Source: Phaeosaccion multiseriatum
Lineage: Eukaryota; Protista; Ochrophyta, other classes
Direction of reading: 5' to 3'
DNA: 64,000 nt
Assembly (NCBI GenBank): GCA_965112735.1
Contig: OZ218950.1
Span: 1,178,001 to 1,242,000 of the forward strand
This document shows, one piece after another, positions 26,001 through 41,000 of this stretch (position 1 is the first letter of the stretch; every line of letters starts with the position of its first letter). A program made the translations under genes and the position numbers. The notes under the pieces were generated by a model. It did not search any database and was not told the DNA's origin. It saw only the letters and a program-made list of their open reading frames with translations.

Positions 26001-29000
26001 TGTTGCTGCCCCGCAGGCTGCTCTTGCTGTGGCCGGCGCGATGGAGGGCCTCGAAGGCCACCTCCAGCATGAGGCGCTGATTGGGGTCCATTGCCTCTGC
26101 CTCGGCAGCACTGATACCAAAGAAGGCATTGTCGAACATCTCCACGCCCTCGATGAACCCTCCCTGTAGCTGCAGCTCGCCCTTATTACTCTCCCACCTG
26201 TCGTGTGGCGCTGCCGTAATGCAATCTCTGCCCTCGCACAGCAGCGACCAGAACTGCTCCGGGCTATTGGCTCCGCCGGGGAGGCGACACGCCATACTCA
26301 CTACAGCGATGGGGGATCGAGAGTCCGAGGACAAGCGCTGTCCTGTCAGCACCTCTTTACCCCCCTCTGCATCATCCAGCACCTCAAGAATCTGGGCCTC
26401 GAGCCACGCGGCCATTGTAGACACTGATGGATACGAGAAGAAGGCACCATTCGAAACGGTGACACCACACCAGGCCTCGACTCGCTTGCGAAACTCCACG
26501 GACGCCATCGAATCGAGTCCGGCTTCCATCAAGGGTGTCGTTGCTGCCAAGGTGAAGTCCTCGCCAACGCACTCCACCACCATGTCCGTCAGGACATGCT
26601 CGATCCTCTCCCGCCGTGCTGACTCCGGCAAGAGCAGGAGCTCCTCCCGCACCTCGGCGTTGACGCTGTAGCCCTTTGACGCTTCACCATTTTCTCCGCG
26701 GTCTGTCAATTGCCCGAGGAAATCGCTGTGCACAGGGGCCAAGCTCGCTCGAAATCTGCCCCACCTCATGGCCGGCATGACGGCCACCTCCTGTACGTTG
26801 GCTTGCGCTTGACTTGCAAGGATGGCATCCAGAGCCTTCATGCCCAGCGCCGATGAGATCAGGCCCACTCCGGCCATCTCGAAAAGACTGTGTGACGTCG
26901 TAGACCTCGCTGCCATGCCCGCCTCACCAAAGGGCCCCCACTGAATGCTGGTGCCCGCCAGCTTGAGCTGCTGCCGGCGGTAGCGCATCAGACCATCGAG
27001 CGCGGAGTTGGCTGCGGCATAATTCATCTGTCCAATGTTACCAAGTATCCCAGCCATAGATGAATACGATATGAAGAAGTCCAAGTTCTCTTCCCTCTCG
27101 GCCCACTCAAGCGACAGCTCATGCAGGTTCCAAGCCCCCTGAATCTTTGGTGCGAACACTTTCCGCATGCTCTGGTCGGTCTGCCCAGTCAACCTGCGGT
27201 CATCTAGAACCCCCGCTGCGTGAATCACACCCCGAATATGAGGCAGGCCCACCAAAGCCTTGGCTACAGCGCCTCGAAGCTGATGCATGTCGGACACATC
27301 ACAGGCCACGGCCACAGCGGTGACACTCTCCATGCTCTGCAGGGCCTGCCACAGCTCTGAAACTTCCTCCGCCGCCCGGCCGCTTCGGGATAGGAGAAGC
27401 AGGTGTCGAGCACCCTGGGACACCAAGTGATTCGCCGTCGCCAGACCCAGCCCACCCAGCCCACCGCTGATGAGGTAGGTCCCATCCTCTCTGTACGTGA
27501 AGCGATCGACTCCTGCCGATGTCAGATGGAGTGAGCTGGGCACCAGCCTCGGAGCGAGGATCCCACACCCTCGAACCAGCAGGTCCACGCCTCGCGCTCC
27601 GTCGTGAGCTTCTGTAGCCAGCGTCACCGCCTGGGAGACAGTTCGGGCTTCCATCTCCTCTACTCTAGGTCGAGCATCCTCAGACTGTGGAGACATGGCA
27701 CACTCAAGGTCCACGTGGTTCACGGAGAGGTCGCCCCGCTCCAGGCGTATGCTTCTCACCAGCCCCACCACCCAGCTGTCCTGCCAACCAGCACCGCTGT
27801 ACACTCCCGTTGTGACCACAGTGACGGGCATCATTGCCTCGTCCCCGCCTAAGCTCTGTACAGTTTGCACAAAGTGGATTGCCCCATCGGTAGGAGAGCA
27901 CGTCCCTGACGACGCCAAGTAGAAGAGATGGGCCCCATGGAGCTGCGCGTCTGAACCGACCGACTCCACCACGTGCACATCCACACCATTTGCTGTCGCC
28001 GTGCTTCCGATAGCTTCCAAGGCTCTGTGGTTGCTCGATGCGTGCTGCCCTTCGGCTGCCTCGGGAATCACGACGAGCCACGGAAGGCTGTCCGGCGCAG
28101 AAGCCTGCTGCGAAGCCGAGGGTACCTCCACCGCCTCCCACTCAACAACATAGAGCGGGCCCTGCTCAACCTCACTCCGCGTCTGAGGTGCTGCTGTGGC
28201 TCGCGCTGTGTACCAAGGAAAGGCCTTGCGCGTTGGGAACAGGATGCGCTCCTTACACTTCTGCTGCTGTACTGTGCTCAGAGCCGCTCCAAAAGAATCC
28301 TCAGAGCTCTTCCCGCGCGTGAGGGAAGAGATCCACGCCAGGCCCTCGCGACGCTCGCAGTTGGCCCCCATACTGCTCAGCACCGAATTGGGCCCCACCT
28401 CAACGATGCTCAGGTCAGCCCCCCTCCCGTCTCCCATCCAGTGCTCCACCAGCGTGTGGATGCCTTCTGCGAACAGCACTGGCGACAGCATGTGTTGCAC
28501 CCAATACGTCGCCTGCGTCACCTCCTCCCCTCTCACCACCTCACCCGTCACGTTGCACACCAGGGGAATGCGTGGGGCGCTGAATGACACCTGCCTCAGA
28601 ACCTCCTCCAGCGCACGTACAGCGGGCTCCATCAGAGGAGAGTGGAAGGCGTGCGACACCTCCAGGGCCTTGCAGCCCACCCCATCTGCCGTCAGCCTCT
28701 CCACCACCTTGTCCACAGCACTGCGAACTCCAGAGATCACGCTCGCGCTCGGTCCATTCGACGACGCCAGCACCACCTCGCCTGCCCCCCCCGCAGCGTT
28801 GATACTTGCCAAGGTAGCCACGCGGCCTGCCCTCACTGCGAACATCACTCCCTTGCCCTCGGGGCAGGCCTCCATGGCGGCTCCTCTCTTGGCGGACAGC
28901 ATCAGCCCGTCCTCCAGCGACATGACGCCGGCCACGCACGCCGCCACTACCTCGCCCAGGCTGTGGCCCATCACCATGGACGGCTCCACACCCTCCGACT

Positions 29001-32000
29001 TCCACAGCTCACACAGGGCGTACTCCAGCACAAACAGGCACGGCTGGCAGTAGCGTGTCTCCTTCAGCAGCGCTTGTGCAGTCTCCTCCTCCTCCTTCTC
29101 GTCCTGAGCGGCGGTAGGGTACATGAGCTCCACCACAGACTTGTCCAGCCATTCCCGCTCCATGAGCAGCCTGCTGCACCGCTGCACGCACTCGCGGAAC
29201 ACGCCCTCCTTCTCGTACAGCTCCCTGCCCATGCCCACGTACTGCGAACCCTGTCCTGTGAACAAGAACGTCACCGGCGAACTGTTCTTGCCTCGCTGCC
29301 CATCCAGCTGCAGCAAGGCTCGGCTCTCGCTCTCCTCCACCATCGTCGGTCCGAAGCTGCTGAGCACCGCATGGACGTTGGCTCCTCCCGCGCCGAAGGA
29401 GCTGACAGCAGCCGTGCGCCTCTCCCCGTCCCTGGCACTTAGTGGCACCATCGTAGACGGCAAAGTCACCGGAAAGCCATCCAAACGAAGCTCCGGATTG
29501 AGCTTCCTCATGTGGAGATTTGGGGGAGCAGATCCATGCTGAAGGACCAGCAGAGCTTTGATGAGGCCAGCAATTCCGGACGCACCCTCTAGATGCCCGA
29601 TATTGGTCTTCACCGCCCCAACCACCAGGGGCCGAGCTTCCTCGCGGCCATGGCCATACACGGCCCTCAAAGCACTCATCTCGATGGGGTCGCCGAGAGA
29701 AGTCCCGGTGCCGTGCGCCTCCACGTAATCAATCTCCAGACCGCTCAAGCCGGCCTCCGCCAGTGCCTGCTCCATCAGACGCTGCTGAGCAGAAGGGCTC
29801 GGGGCAGTGTAGCGCAAACTTCTCCCGTTGTGGTTCGCAGCGCAGCCATTGACAACAGCGAGGATGTGGTCGCCAGTGGCCTGTGCATCATCCAGTCGCT
29901 TCAGTACCACGGCGCCACAGCCCTCACCTCGGACGTAACCGTTGGCCGCAGCGTCGAACGTCTTGCAGCGCCTGACCATGAGGAATTGAGGGTTTGCAAA
30001 AGTGAAGAACAGACAAGAGGAAATCCATCAGCAGCAACAGGGGCCTTTCAGACAGCTTGGGCCTTTTGATATGGCTCTCATCGCGGCCCCAAGAACAAGC
30101 TACCACCCACACAAAAGAAACACACACTTACCAGTCAAGACTCAGGAAACCCCCTTCAGCGAGGGCCTCGAACGCCTGTGTACCCAGCAGCAAGTTGACG
30201 CCTCCCACCAAAGCGATGTCACACTTCCCCAGCCGCAAGCTGCTGCAGGCCCCCTCCAGTGCCACCAAAGACGACGAGCACGCCGTGTCGACACTCATGC
30301 TCGGCCCTCCGAGGCCCAGCACGTACGACATCCGATTTGCCGGACTCGCATTGGACATGCCCATGACGGAGTACGCACCCTTGTTCGCATCGTCTACCAC
30401 TGAGCCCCACTCGCTGCCGGACATGCCCACGAACACACCGGTGTTGCTGCCATGTAGTGTGTCCTTGCGGTATCCCGCCCTGTGCAGCGCCTCGTACCCC
30501 ACCTCCAGCATGACGCGCTGATGAGGGTCCATGGCACCTGCCTCGGCCGCAGAAATGCCGAAGAAGGTGTTGTCAAAAGCCTCCACTCCATCAATGAAGC
30601 CCCCTTGCCACTGCTTCTGACCCTCATCGGCCCAGCGACCAACAGGGCTGGCTCCAATACAGTCTGTCCCTGCACAGAGCATAGCCCAGAAGTCCTCGGG
30701 GTTCTTAACCCCTCCAGGGAAGCGACAGGCGATCCCGACGACGGCCAGCGGCGCCCTTGAGTCAGTGCGGTGCGCTTCAGCAGCGATCGCCGCAGAGCGA
30801 CTGCCATAGGCTTCCTCTACCTCGCCAAGCACCTCCGCTTCGATCCACACTGCCAGCGCCGCTACCGTGGGATACGCGAAGAGCACGTCAGTGGTCACTA
30901 CAGCCCCGAAGCGAGCCTGTAGACGGCCGCGCAGCTCCACCGTTGACAAAGAGTCAAGACCTGCCTCCATCAAAGGCGTGTTCGCGTCCAGCTCTTCGGC
31001 ACCCTCCCCAAGTAGGTCCTTGGCGATATCAAGCACCGCCAATCGCACTGATTGCTGTCGCTCGCCAGGGGGCAGTCTCAAGAGCGCCTCGCGCACTTCA
31101 TTGTTGAGTTCGGTGTTGCTGGACGCGCCCACTGCTGTTGCGACAAGCCCTGACAGAAGGAACGAGCCGCGGGACGCACCCAAGCTGTCTGCAAACTTGG
31201 CCCAGTCCATCCCTGGCAGCACGGCCACATCGCCCAAATACGCTGACGACATCGCAGCGGCATCTAAGGCAGCCATGCCCAGCTCAGATGACACCGTGCC
31301 CACACCCGCCAGCTCCAACTGCTTTCGAACGATATCGAGCTGGGCGGCCATACCCACGTCAGCCCACGGCCCCCACTGCACTGACGTCCCTGTGAGCCCG
31401 AGGTGTCGCCTGTGCCGCATCAGCCCGTCCACTGCCGCATTCGCTGCAGCGTAGTTGGCCTGTCCAGCGTTACCCAGTACTCCCGCCATGGATGTGAAGC
31501 AAAAGAAGAAGTCAAGGCCAGGAGCGCGTCCCTCCTCCTTCGCCCAAGCCAACGAAAGCTCGTGCAAGTTTATCGCCCCCTGCACCTTCGGTCGGAACAC
31601 GTTCGTCACGCTCTCCGGCGTTTGCTCTCCGAGCAGCTTATCATCCAGCACCCCGGCAGCATGCACCACGCCGCGCACAGGGGGTAGCAGTGGCAGCACG
31701 TGCCCCAGGCATGTCCGAAGTGCCTCAGCATCAGCAACATCACAAGAAGGAGTATGGATCAGCTCCACCGTGTTCCGAAGCTGCTGCCACTGCTCTGTCA
31801 TGCTCTCAGCGACCTTCCCACTCCTCGACAGCAGCACCAAGTGACGAGCGCCCCTCGACGCGAGGTGCTGGGCCGTCACGAGACCGAGAGCCCCCAGACC
31901 GCCGCTGATGACGTATGTGCCATCGGGCACGACTGGCACACCGTACGAGGGGTTGGTCAGCACCACCTTGCCGATATGCTTCGCTTGGCGCATGAATGCC

Positions 32001-35000
32001 ATGGCCTTCTCAGTATCCTCCCTCATATCAAATGGCATGGTCGGTAAGGGCTTCACATTGCCAGACATGCAGTCTTCAGCAAGACGCTGCAGCCCGCCAC
32101 CGATCCAGCCTGGCTCACCCGCCGAAAAGTCAGACTCAATCATACTATCCAATGCCAGCAGCTCGTACCGTATACCGGGCCGGGTGGTGCGCATCTGCTC
32201 GTGACTCCATACACCTCTCTTCCCAATCTCCACGAATCTGCCTCCCTCTGTCAGCATGTCCAATGAGAAGGGAATGTAGTCTTCACTCAGAGAGTTGAGC
32301 ACCACGTCCACCTTCATCTCACCCATGGACTGCTTGAACGCCTCTGCGTCTCTCGATGACGCAATGTGCTGCACTCCCAAGCTCCGGAGGAAGTCATGCT
32401 TCACAGCAGCACCGGCAGTAGCGTACACCTCTGCGCCCACCCGCTGAGCATACTGCACGGCGGCAAGGCCCACACCGCCCGATGCGGCGTGGATCAGTAC
32501 CTTCTCTCCAGCCTTGAGGCCCTCAAGGGCCTTCATCACGGTGAGGAACACGGTGGGAAGTGCAGCGGCCTGCTCGAAGCTCAGCACGGCCGGCATCACG
32601 GTCAGACACACATCACTCGTCGTCATATGACTGCGCAAACATCCCGCATCCCCAAAGCCAAACACTGAGTCGCCGACACGGAAGCGCGAGCTTCCTCCCA
32701 CACTGATCACCTCCCCGGCAAACTCGGAGCAAGGATCTCCAGGGTCGCCAGGGTACATGTCCAGCACATTCAGCACGTCCCGGAAGTTCAGTCCAACGGC
32801 CCTCACCGCCACCTCTACGGAGCTGCCAGCTGCTGGGTCGAGGGACTGATGCTTACCAACGCTCGTATCGTCACGCAGGGCGAAAGCGTTCACAATGCTG
32901 CCTCTTGTCTTCAAGTCAAGCCCGAAGGGAAGCTGCAGGGGCTGACGTATAAGCTGAGGAGCCCAGCACTGTCCGTCGCGTACCCACACATCTTCTGTGG
33001 CAGGGAAGGCCAAGCCTAAGGCAAGCTCGCTGTCTTTGGCCTTCTGGCCGCTGAGGTCCACCACGCCAATCTGCATGGAAGGGTGCTCCACCCTCGCAGT
33101 CCGCACCAGCCCAGTCACCCAGCTGTGACGCCAGTCCTCGCCGCTTTGAACGCCTCTCGTCAAGACCGTCAGTGGCACACTCGTCGTAGCGGACATGCTC
33201 CTCAGTAGAGCCATGAGGGCGTAGGCCGCTCGTGCTTGCGGGCTTCCTTCTGCGTCTTCTTCGCCATCCCTGGGGATCAGCACGTACAAGACCCGAGTCC
33301 ACTCTTCCTCTCCAAGCAGCGCACCAGCATCCCAAGAGCCGTCCACCCCCCCGTATCGAGTGTGCACGTCCACGCCCTCCGGAGCAGAGCGCCGCACTGC
33401 CGCAGTCATTGAAGTCTCGCCCTCCCTCTCCTCCTGTGCGACAACCACCAGCCACTTCTGCCGCGCCGCCTCCGTATCATGAAGAGGTAGCTGTGCAGGC
33501 AAGGAAAGCTCAGTGGCCTGCCATTCCAGCGCGTACATCGCGCGACGAAGCGGATTGGGCCGCGCAAAGCCTCTCGCCCTCTGCAGACGGAAGCCTCGCA
33601 TGCCGACAAGAACCTGCTTGGTCTCGAAGTCGGCGACCTTGATGTCAAACTTGATGCTGTTGGCCCCGTTCTCCACTTCAGTGAGTAGTGTATGCACCCA
33701 CACCTTCGCTCCTGTTGCGCCACCAAATACCACCACCTCGTCGAAGCCAGCGGGCAGGAATGGAGCCCCACCCCTCGTTCCCAACAACTGGCGTGGCATT
33801 GCGTGCAGGGTGGAGTGAGTGGCATTGTCGAGCACCGCAGGGTGCACAGCAAAGCCCATCACCTCCCATGGCTCGCATAGCTCCGGGTCGAGAGCACGCA
33901 CGACCGACAGCACCTCCCCGTCATTGGCGAATATCTGCACATTCCGCTCAAAGCGAGGGCCATAGTTGAAGTTGGCGTCCGCCATTGCCTTGTACAGGGT
34001 ACGGGCCAAGTCCACCGCCCCTACTCGCCCCTGGATGCCTTCTACATCGAGCGCGGCGCGTGGCTCTGTTCTCCCCGAGACGGACACGTGGGCCATCCTC
34101 GCCGTCGTGCCATGGTCGCCCTCGGCACCCCCGAAAAACTGCATGCTTCCATCGCTCGCGTGCAGGGCACTCAGGCCGTCACAGACGATTGTATTGCGGC
34201 TTTGCGCTTGGTCTGTGCCGGTCTGCTGGAAACCCTCAACCTCCAACGGAACCACAAAGTTGGCTCCTTGCAGGACTACTTGCTGCTCCACTCCAAGCTG
34301 TCTCCCTCCTAGAGCAGCGACAACGCCCACCTCGATGTACGTCACGCCTGGAATGATCACCACGTTGTTGACGGTATGCTCCTTGAGAAGGTCCTTCAGG
34401 TGAAGGGAGAAGGGGCTGGAGAGGCGCATCCCGTCTCCCTCTTGGGACAGCTCGCCACTCGGCATGAATGCCAGCGGAGGTTGGTACCAGCGAAAGGACC
34501 GACGCGTCGGGAAAAGCGTGATATGCTCTTGCCCGGCTACTCTGCCCACCGCCTCGCCAAACGACTCCTCAGCGCTCTTTCCTCGCATAATGGAGGAGAT
34601 CCATGCCAGCCCCTCCCGACGCTCGCACTTGGCTCCCATGCTGCTCAGCACAGGGTTGGGGCCCACCTCAACAACATTAAAGCCACTCCCATCCCCCATA
34701 GATTGCTCCACCAGCGTGTGGATGCCTTCTGCGAACAGCACTGGCGACAGCATGTGTTGCACCCAATACGTCGCCTGCGTCACCTCCTCCCCTCTCACCA
34801 CCTCACCCGTCACGTTGGACACCAGGGGAATGCGTGGGGCGCTGAGTGACACCTGCCTCAGAGCCTCCTCCAGCTCACGTACAGCGGGCTCCATCAGAGG
34901 AGAGTGGAAGGCGTGCGATACCTCCAGAGCCTTGCAGCCCACCCCATCTGCCGTCAGCCTCTCCACCACCTTGTCCACAGCACTGCGCGCTCCAGAGATC

Positions 35001-38000
35001 ACGCTCGCGCTCGGTCCATTCGACGACGCCAGCACCGCCTCGCCTATCCCCCCCGCAGCGTCGATACTTGCCAAGGTAGCCACGCGGCCTGCCCTCACTG
35101 CGAACATCACCCCCTCGCCCTCGGGGCAGGCCTGCATGGCGGCTCCTCGCTTGGCGGACAGCATCAGCCCGTCCTCCAGCGACATGACGCCGGCCACGCA
35201 CGCCGCCACTACCTCGCCCAGGCTGTGGCCCATCACCATGGAAGCCTCCACGCCCTCCGACTTCCACAGCTCACACAGGGCGTACTCCAGCACAAACAGG
35301 CACGGCTGGCAGTAGCGTGTCTCCTTCAGCATCGCTTGTGCAGTCTCCTCCTCCTCCTTCCCATCCTCAGCGACGGCAGGGTACATGAGCTCCGCCACAG
35401 ACTTGTCCAGCCAGGCCCGCTCCATGAGCAGCCTACTGCACCGCTGCACGCACTCGCGGAACACGCCCTCCTTCTCGTACAGCTCCCTGCCCATGCCCAC
35501 GTACTGCGAGCCCTGTCCGGTGAACAAGAACGCCACTGGAGTCCCTGCTTGCCCCGGATTAGGGCCTGGCGCACCCTCACTCTTCTCCCCATAGCTCCTC
35601 AGCAGCACGTGTGCATTCGTTCCTCCCGCCCCGAATGAGCTCACCCCCACCAACATGTCTCCCTCGTCCTCCAGCTGCACCATCACCGACGGGAGCTGCA
35701 CGGGGAAGCCGTCCATGTCCAGCTCCGGGTTGACGCTCTCGAGGTGAAGGTTGGCGGGCACGGCGCGGTGCTGCAGCATCAAGACGGCCTTGATGAGCCC
35801 GGCAATGCCCGCCGCACCCTCCAGATGGCCAATGTTGGTCTTGACTGCACCCACCACAAGCCGGAAAGAGTCGTCACGGTTCTTCCCGTACGTGGCCTTC
35901 AGAGCGCTCATCTCGATGGGGTCGCCTAGCGAGGTTCCCGTGCCGTGCGCCTCCACGATGCGTACCTCGGAGCCCTCTCGACCGGCCTCACGCAGCGTCG
36001 CCTCGATGAGTCTCTGCTGGGCGGCGGGGCTGGGGGCCGTGAGGCGGGCACTGGTTCCGTTGTGGTTCACGGCACAGCCCTCAATCACAGCGAGGACCGT
36101 GTCTCCGGCAGCGAGGGCGTCATCCAAAAGTTTCAGCACAACGGCACCGCATCCTTCACCACGCACGTATCCGTTTGCCGACGCGTCGAACGTCTTGCAG
36201 CGCCTGAGAAGGGCATGGGAATTGTGGGATGGGGTGAGGTAAGTTGACTTGGTAAGGCACTCAAGTCGTTCTCACTTGTTGCCTGTACACTGTGCGATTT
36301 GCCAGAGAGGCGATGGCCAAAGGGAGAAGAGGGGTGAACACAAACAGGAATGGAAGCACTCCACACATAAGCGCACGTACCCGTCGGGCGATAAGAAACC
36401 ACTTCCCTTCAGCCTTTCGAAGCTCTGCGTGCCCAGCAACAGATTCACTCCGCCCACCACGGCTGCGTCGCACTTGCCCATGCGTAAGCTGCTGCAAGCG
36501 CTGTCCAGGGCCACCAGAGAGGACGAGCACGCCGTGTCAGTGGTCATGGACGGGCCCTGCAGTCCGAGCGTGTACGACAGACGATTGGACACGCTTGCCC
36601 CGGCTGCGCCCATGGTGCTATACGCGCCTGTCGAGGATGAGCCTTCCCCGACTGCTCCCCAGTCACTGCCGCTCATGCCCACGAACACTCCGGTCTGACT
36701 GCCCCTCAGGCTTCGCTTGGTATAGCCCGCATTCACAAGCGCCTCCAGTCCCACCTCCAGCATCACCCGTTGGTGTGGGTCCATGGCAGAAGCCTCAGGA
36801 CTGGATATGCCGAACACAGATGAATCGAACATTTCCACGCCGTCGATGAAGCTTCCTTGCCACTGCTGCTCATCCTCCTCCTTGCTCGCCCAGCGGTCGA
36901 GCGGAGCAGGATGGACACAGTCCTTGCCATTGCTAAGCATGGCCCAAAACTCCTCTGGGCTGTTCGAACCACCTGGCAAGCGGCAGGCCATGCCCACCAC
37001 TGCCAACGGTGCCTTCGTGTCGCCCCCCTGGTATCCAACCGACTCACTCTCACCCTCATCATCCTCCTCAGATCCCATCACCAAGGTTTCCAGCCAGGTA
37101 GACAGTGCTAGGACTGAGGGGTGACTGAAGAGCACGTCGTTGGGGACGGACACGCCGAAGCGAGCTTGGAGTCGACTCCGAAGCTCCACCGTAGACATGG
37201 AGTCCAGCCCAGCCTCCATCAAAGGCGTATCAGCCTTGAGCACGGTGCCCGCTTCACCAATGCATGCCGTTGCGATCTCCGTGACGACGCCTTCCAGCAT
37301 GGGCTTCCGACTCGGCTCTGGCATCTCCAGCAGGTCACGCCTCACGGCAGCAGTAACGCTGTTCTCCACCCTGCTACCCAAGCCCGCACCCTCTACGAGG
37401 GCCTCAAGCATTGTCGAGCCACCAAAAGCCCCCGGCGCGGATGCTTGCCAGTCCATTCCCGGCGCCACCAGGAGCTCGCGTGATGCCGCAGATGGGGCTG
37501 ACACGCTGGCATCAAGCGCCGCCATACCCAATGCCTTACTGATGAGCCCAACGCCGGCCATCTCCAGACTGGCCATGGCAACTTCGGACCGAGCGGCCAT
37601 GCCAGCTTCGGCCCACGGCCCCCACTGCAGGGCCACAGAGCTGGAGTGACCGAGACGCCGACGATGCTGCATCAGCCCGTCCACAGCAGCGTTGGCTGCA
37701 GCATAGTTGGCCTGGCCTGCATTACCTAGCACACCTGCCATGGATGTGTAGGACACAAAGAAGTCCAAGGGCCAGGCCATCTGCAGCGACAGCTCGTGCA
37801 GATTCCAAGCGCCCTCCACCTTCGGCTTGAAGACCTCTTTGATACTCTCGGGCGTCTGGTCCACCAGCAAGCGATCGTCGAGCACGCCAGCAGCATGGAT
37901 GACACCTCGCACGGGCGGCATGCTGCTGAGCGCCGTGCCTAGGGCCTTCTCAAGCGACTGCGCGCTAGACACATCGCACGATACAGCCTTGGTGCTCACC

Positions 38001-41000
38001 CCGCCGGGCACGTTGAGAAGCTCCTCCCACAGCGACTGGGAGTCCGCCTTGACCTCTCCCCCTCGCGAGAGCAGTACAAGATGACGAGCTCCTTTATCAG
38101 CCAAATGCTTCGCAGTCGCCAGCCCCAGTGCCCCCAGCCCACCGCTGATAACGTAAGTCCCATCTCGCACGACGGGAATGCCACACTCAGGGCTACTGAG
38201 CACAACCTTCCCTATATGCTTCGCAGTTCTGAGGAAGTTCATTGCCTCCGCAAGCTCATCCCTCAAGTCGAACGCCTTCACTGGTAGCGCCTCAGCCCTG
38301 CCCGCCTCACTGTCCGCTGTCAGCTGCTCCAGCCCAGCGAACGCCCAGCCCTGCTTCTCGGCCTTGAAGTCGTCTGCTATCATGGAGTCCAGCGCAATCA
38401 GCTCGTACAGCACGTCGGGCCTGGCAGCCTTCATCGCCTCCCTGGTCCACACGCCTCGCTTGCCGATCTCCATGAAGCGCCCGTTCTTCGTCAGCAGCTC
38501 CAGAGAGTAAGGGATGAAGTTGTCGGACAGGCAATTGAGCACCACATCCACCTTTGCAGCTCCCATGGAAGCCTTGAAGGCCTCCGCATCTCGCGACGAC
38601 GCAATGTTCTTCACGCCCAGGCCTCGCAAGTAGGCGTGCTTCTCCTCGGATCCAGCAGTGGCGTAGATCTCCGCTCCGATGCGCTGAGCAATCTGCACGG
38701 CCACCAGACCCACTCCACCTGACGCGGCATGGATGAGCACCTTCTCACCACGCTTCAAGCCAGCGAGTTGCTCAAAGGCGTGCACCACTGTGAGCCACGC
38801 GATAGGCAGCGCTGCCATGTCCTCGAAGGTCCTGTTAGAAGGCATGATGGCCAGACACACGTCACGTGTCGTTACGTGGGAGCAGAAGCATCCCTGGTCC
38901 GGAAACCCGTAGACCTTGTCTCCCACTTGAAAGCGCGAGTTTCGCGATGCTCGAGTGACCACCCCCGATAGCTCGATGCCAGGCTGTCCAGGGTCGCCAG
39001 GGTACAGGTCGAGCACGTTCAGCACGTCTCTGAAGTTGAGCCCCACCGCCTTGACACAAATTTCAATCTCCCCGTCCTGCAAGGCAGTGTCTCTCTCGGA
39101 AGGGAGTACGTCTCTGCGCTTCAAGCCTCCTTCGATGCTTCCCCTCGCCATGAGATCGAAGGAGAAGGGAAGGCTGACTACCGAGGAGCGAGTCAACTGA
39201 GGCGTCTCGCACTCTCCTCCTTGCACACGCACGTCCTGACTCTGAAGGGGAAGACACAACACCAAGCTCATGTCCTCCACATCCGCTTCCACGACCATGA
39301 TCTGCATCTCTGGCCGCTCGATACGAACGGAGCGAATCATGCCAAAGACCAGCATGTGTGCCCATCCCTCGCCCCCACCGCTCAGCGTGTCGTGTAGTAG
39401 CACCATCAAGGGGAGTTGTCTCTTGGCCAGCTGCTGCGTTACCGCCAGCAGCTTCTGTGCTTCCTGCTGAGCGGCGCTGGCTGACGACCTTGCCGTCTGT
39501 CCCTCCTCTCTCCCACCGCCGATCACGTACAGCACTCGCGACCACTCGCCCCTCTCCAAGGCCCTCACCACATCCTGGTCATAGGCACGCTCCTGCACAC
39601 GCAGCGTAACGTGCTCGGGCACTGATTGCTCAATACGCTTCACCAACGCTGTAGCTGCACTTACTCTATCTACCAAAGCCAGCCACGTCTCCTTCTCCAC
39701 ACCATCCTTCCCCGTGGTGGTTGCCAGAGCCAGAGCCTTGTCTGGCTGCCACTCCAGATAGTATAAGGCTCGACGAAGAGGGTTCAGGAGCGTAAAGCCC
39801 TTGGCCCTCTGCAGCTTGACGCCCTTCATGGTCACGAGCACGTACTGGCTGTCAAAGTCGGCAATGACAATGTCAAAGTTGACGCTGTCGCGCTTGTCGC
39901 TGATCTCGGTGAGCACGGTATGCACCCACACCTTGTCTCCTCTGATGGCGCCCTTCGCAACCACGTCATTGCATCCAGCTGGCAAGAACGTACCACCCTT
40001 GGTTAGATCAGAAGGTAGAAGCGCAAGCATGGTGTGTGCGGCACTGTCCAGCACGGCGGGGTGGAGGTAGAATCCACGCACCTCCCACTCAGAGCACAGG
40101 CTGGGGTCCTGCGCTGTCGCCACGGACAGAGCCTGTCCCTCGGCAGCGTACAAGCGCTCTGTTCGCCTGAAGCGGGGGCCGTAGTTGAAGCCGGCCTTGG
40201 CGAACGTGGCGTACAGCTCACCCGACACGTCTCGCTGCCCCACTGCCTCCTGGATGCTCCTCACGTCCATCATTGCAGTAGCCTCTCTTGCCTCCAGCAC
40301 CACTGACGCCGCCCTGGCCACAGCCTCACCTGCCTTGCCGCGGGAGCCGCCCGTGATCCGCGTCTTACCGTGGGCAGAGAGGAACACGTTCACCTCCGAG
40401 CATGCCACCGTCGTGGACCCATCCACCATCCGCTCCACGCCAGGTACACGGACGCCTGCCACCTCCAGCGGGGCCGTGAAGACGAGGCCCTTCATGCGCA
40501 CCTGGCCATCTGCGGGGAAGGCCTCGCCCCTCAGCAGCGTGGCCAGGGCCAGCTCAATGTAGCCCATGCCCGGCATGAGCACCACCCCCCCCACTGCGTG
40601 CTCCTGCAGCAGGCCCTTGAGCCTTGGAGAGAATGGGCAGGACAGCAGCACCCCGCCCTTCTCATCTCGCACCCCTCCACTCGGAAATAAAGCGTGATTA
40701 TCGCTCTTGTACCACGGGAAGGCCACACGATTCGGGAAGAGCGCCTCCTCCTTGACGAAGCGGCCCCCATCGCTTTTCATACCAGCCGTCAGTACGGAGT
40801 CACTCTTCTCCCCATGGCTCCTCAGCAGCACGTGTGCATTCGTTCCTCCCGCCCCGAATGAGCTCACCCCCACCAACATATCTCCCTCGTCCTCCAGCTG
40901 CACCATCACCGACGGGAGCTGCACGGGGAAGCCGTCCATGTCCAGCTCCGGGTTGACGCTCTCGAGGTGAAGGTTGGCGGGCACGGCGCGGTGCTGCAGC

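Larger units (their letters stand above)
16690..34490. repeat. Older two-module tandem duplication, period about 9,714 bp (26400-34490 vs 16690-24790)
   Basis: Homologous ORFs at offset 9714 (20414/30128, 18827/28541); 160-nt introns 20258-20417 and 29972-30131 are homologous but diverged. Confidence 0.88.
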
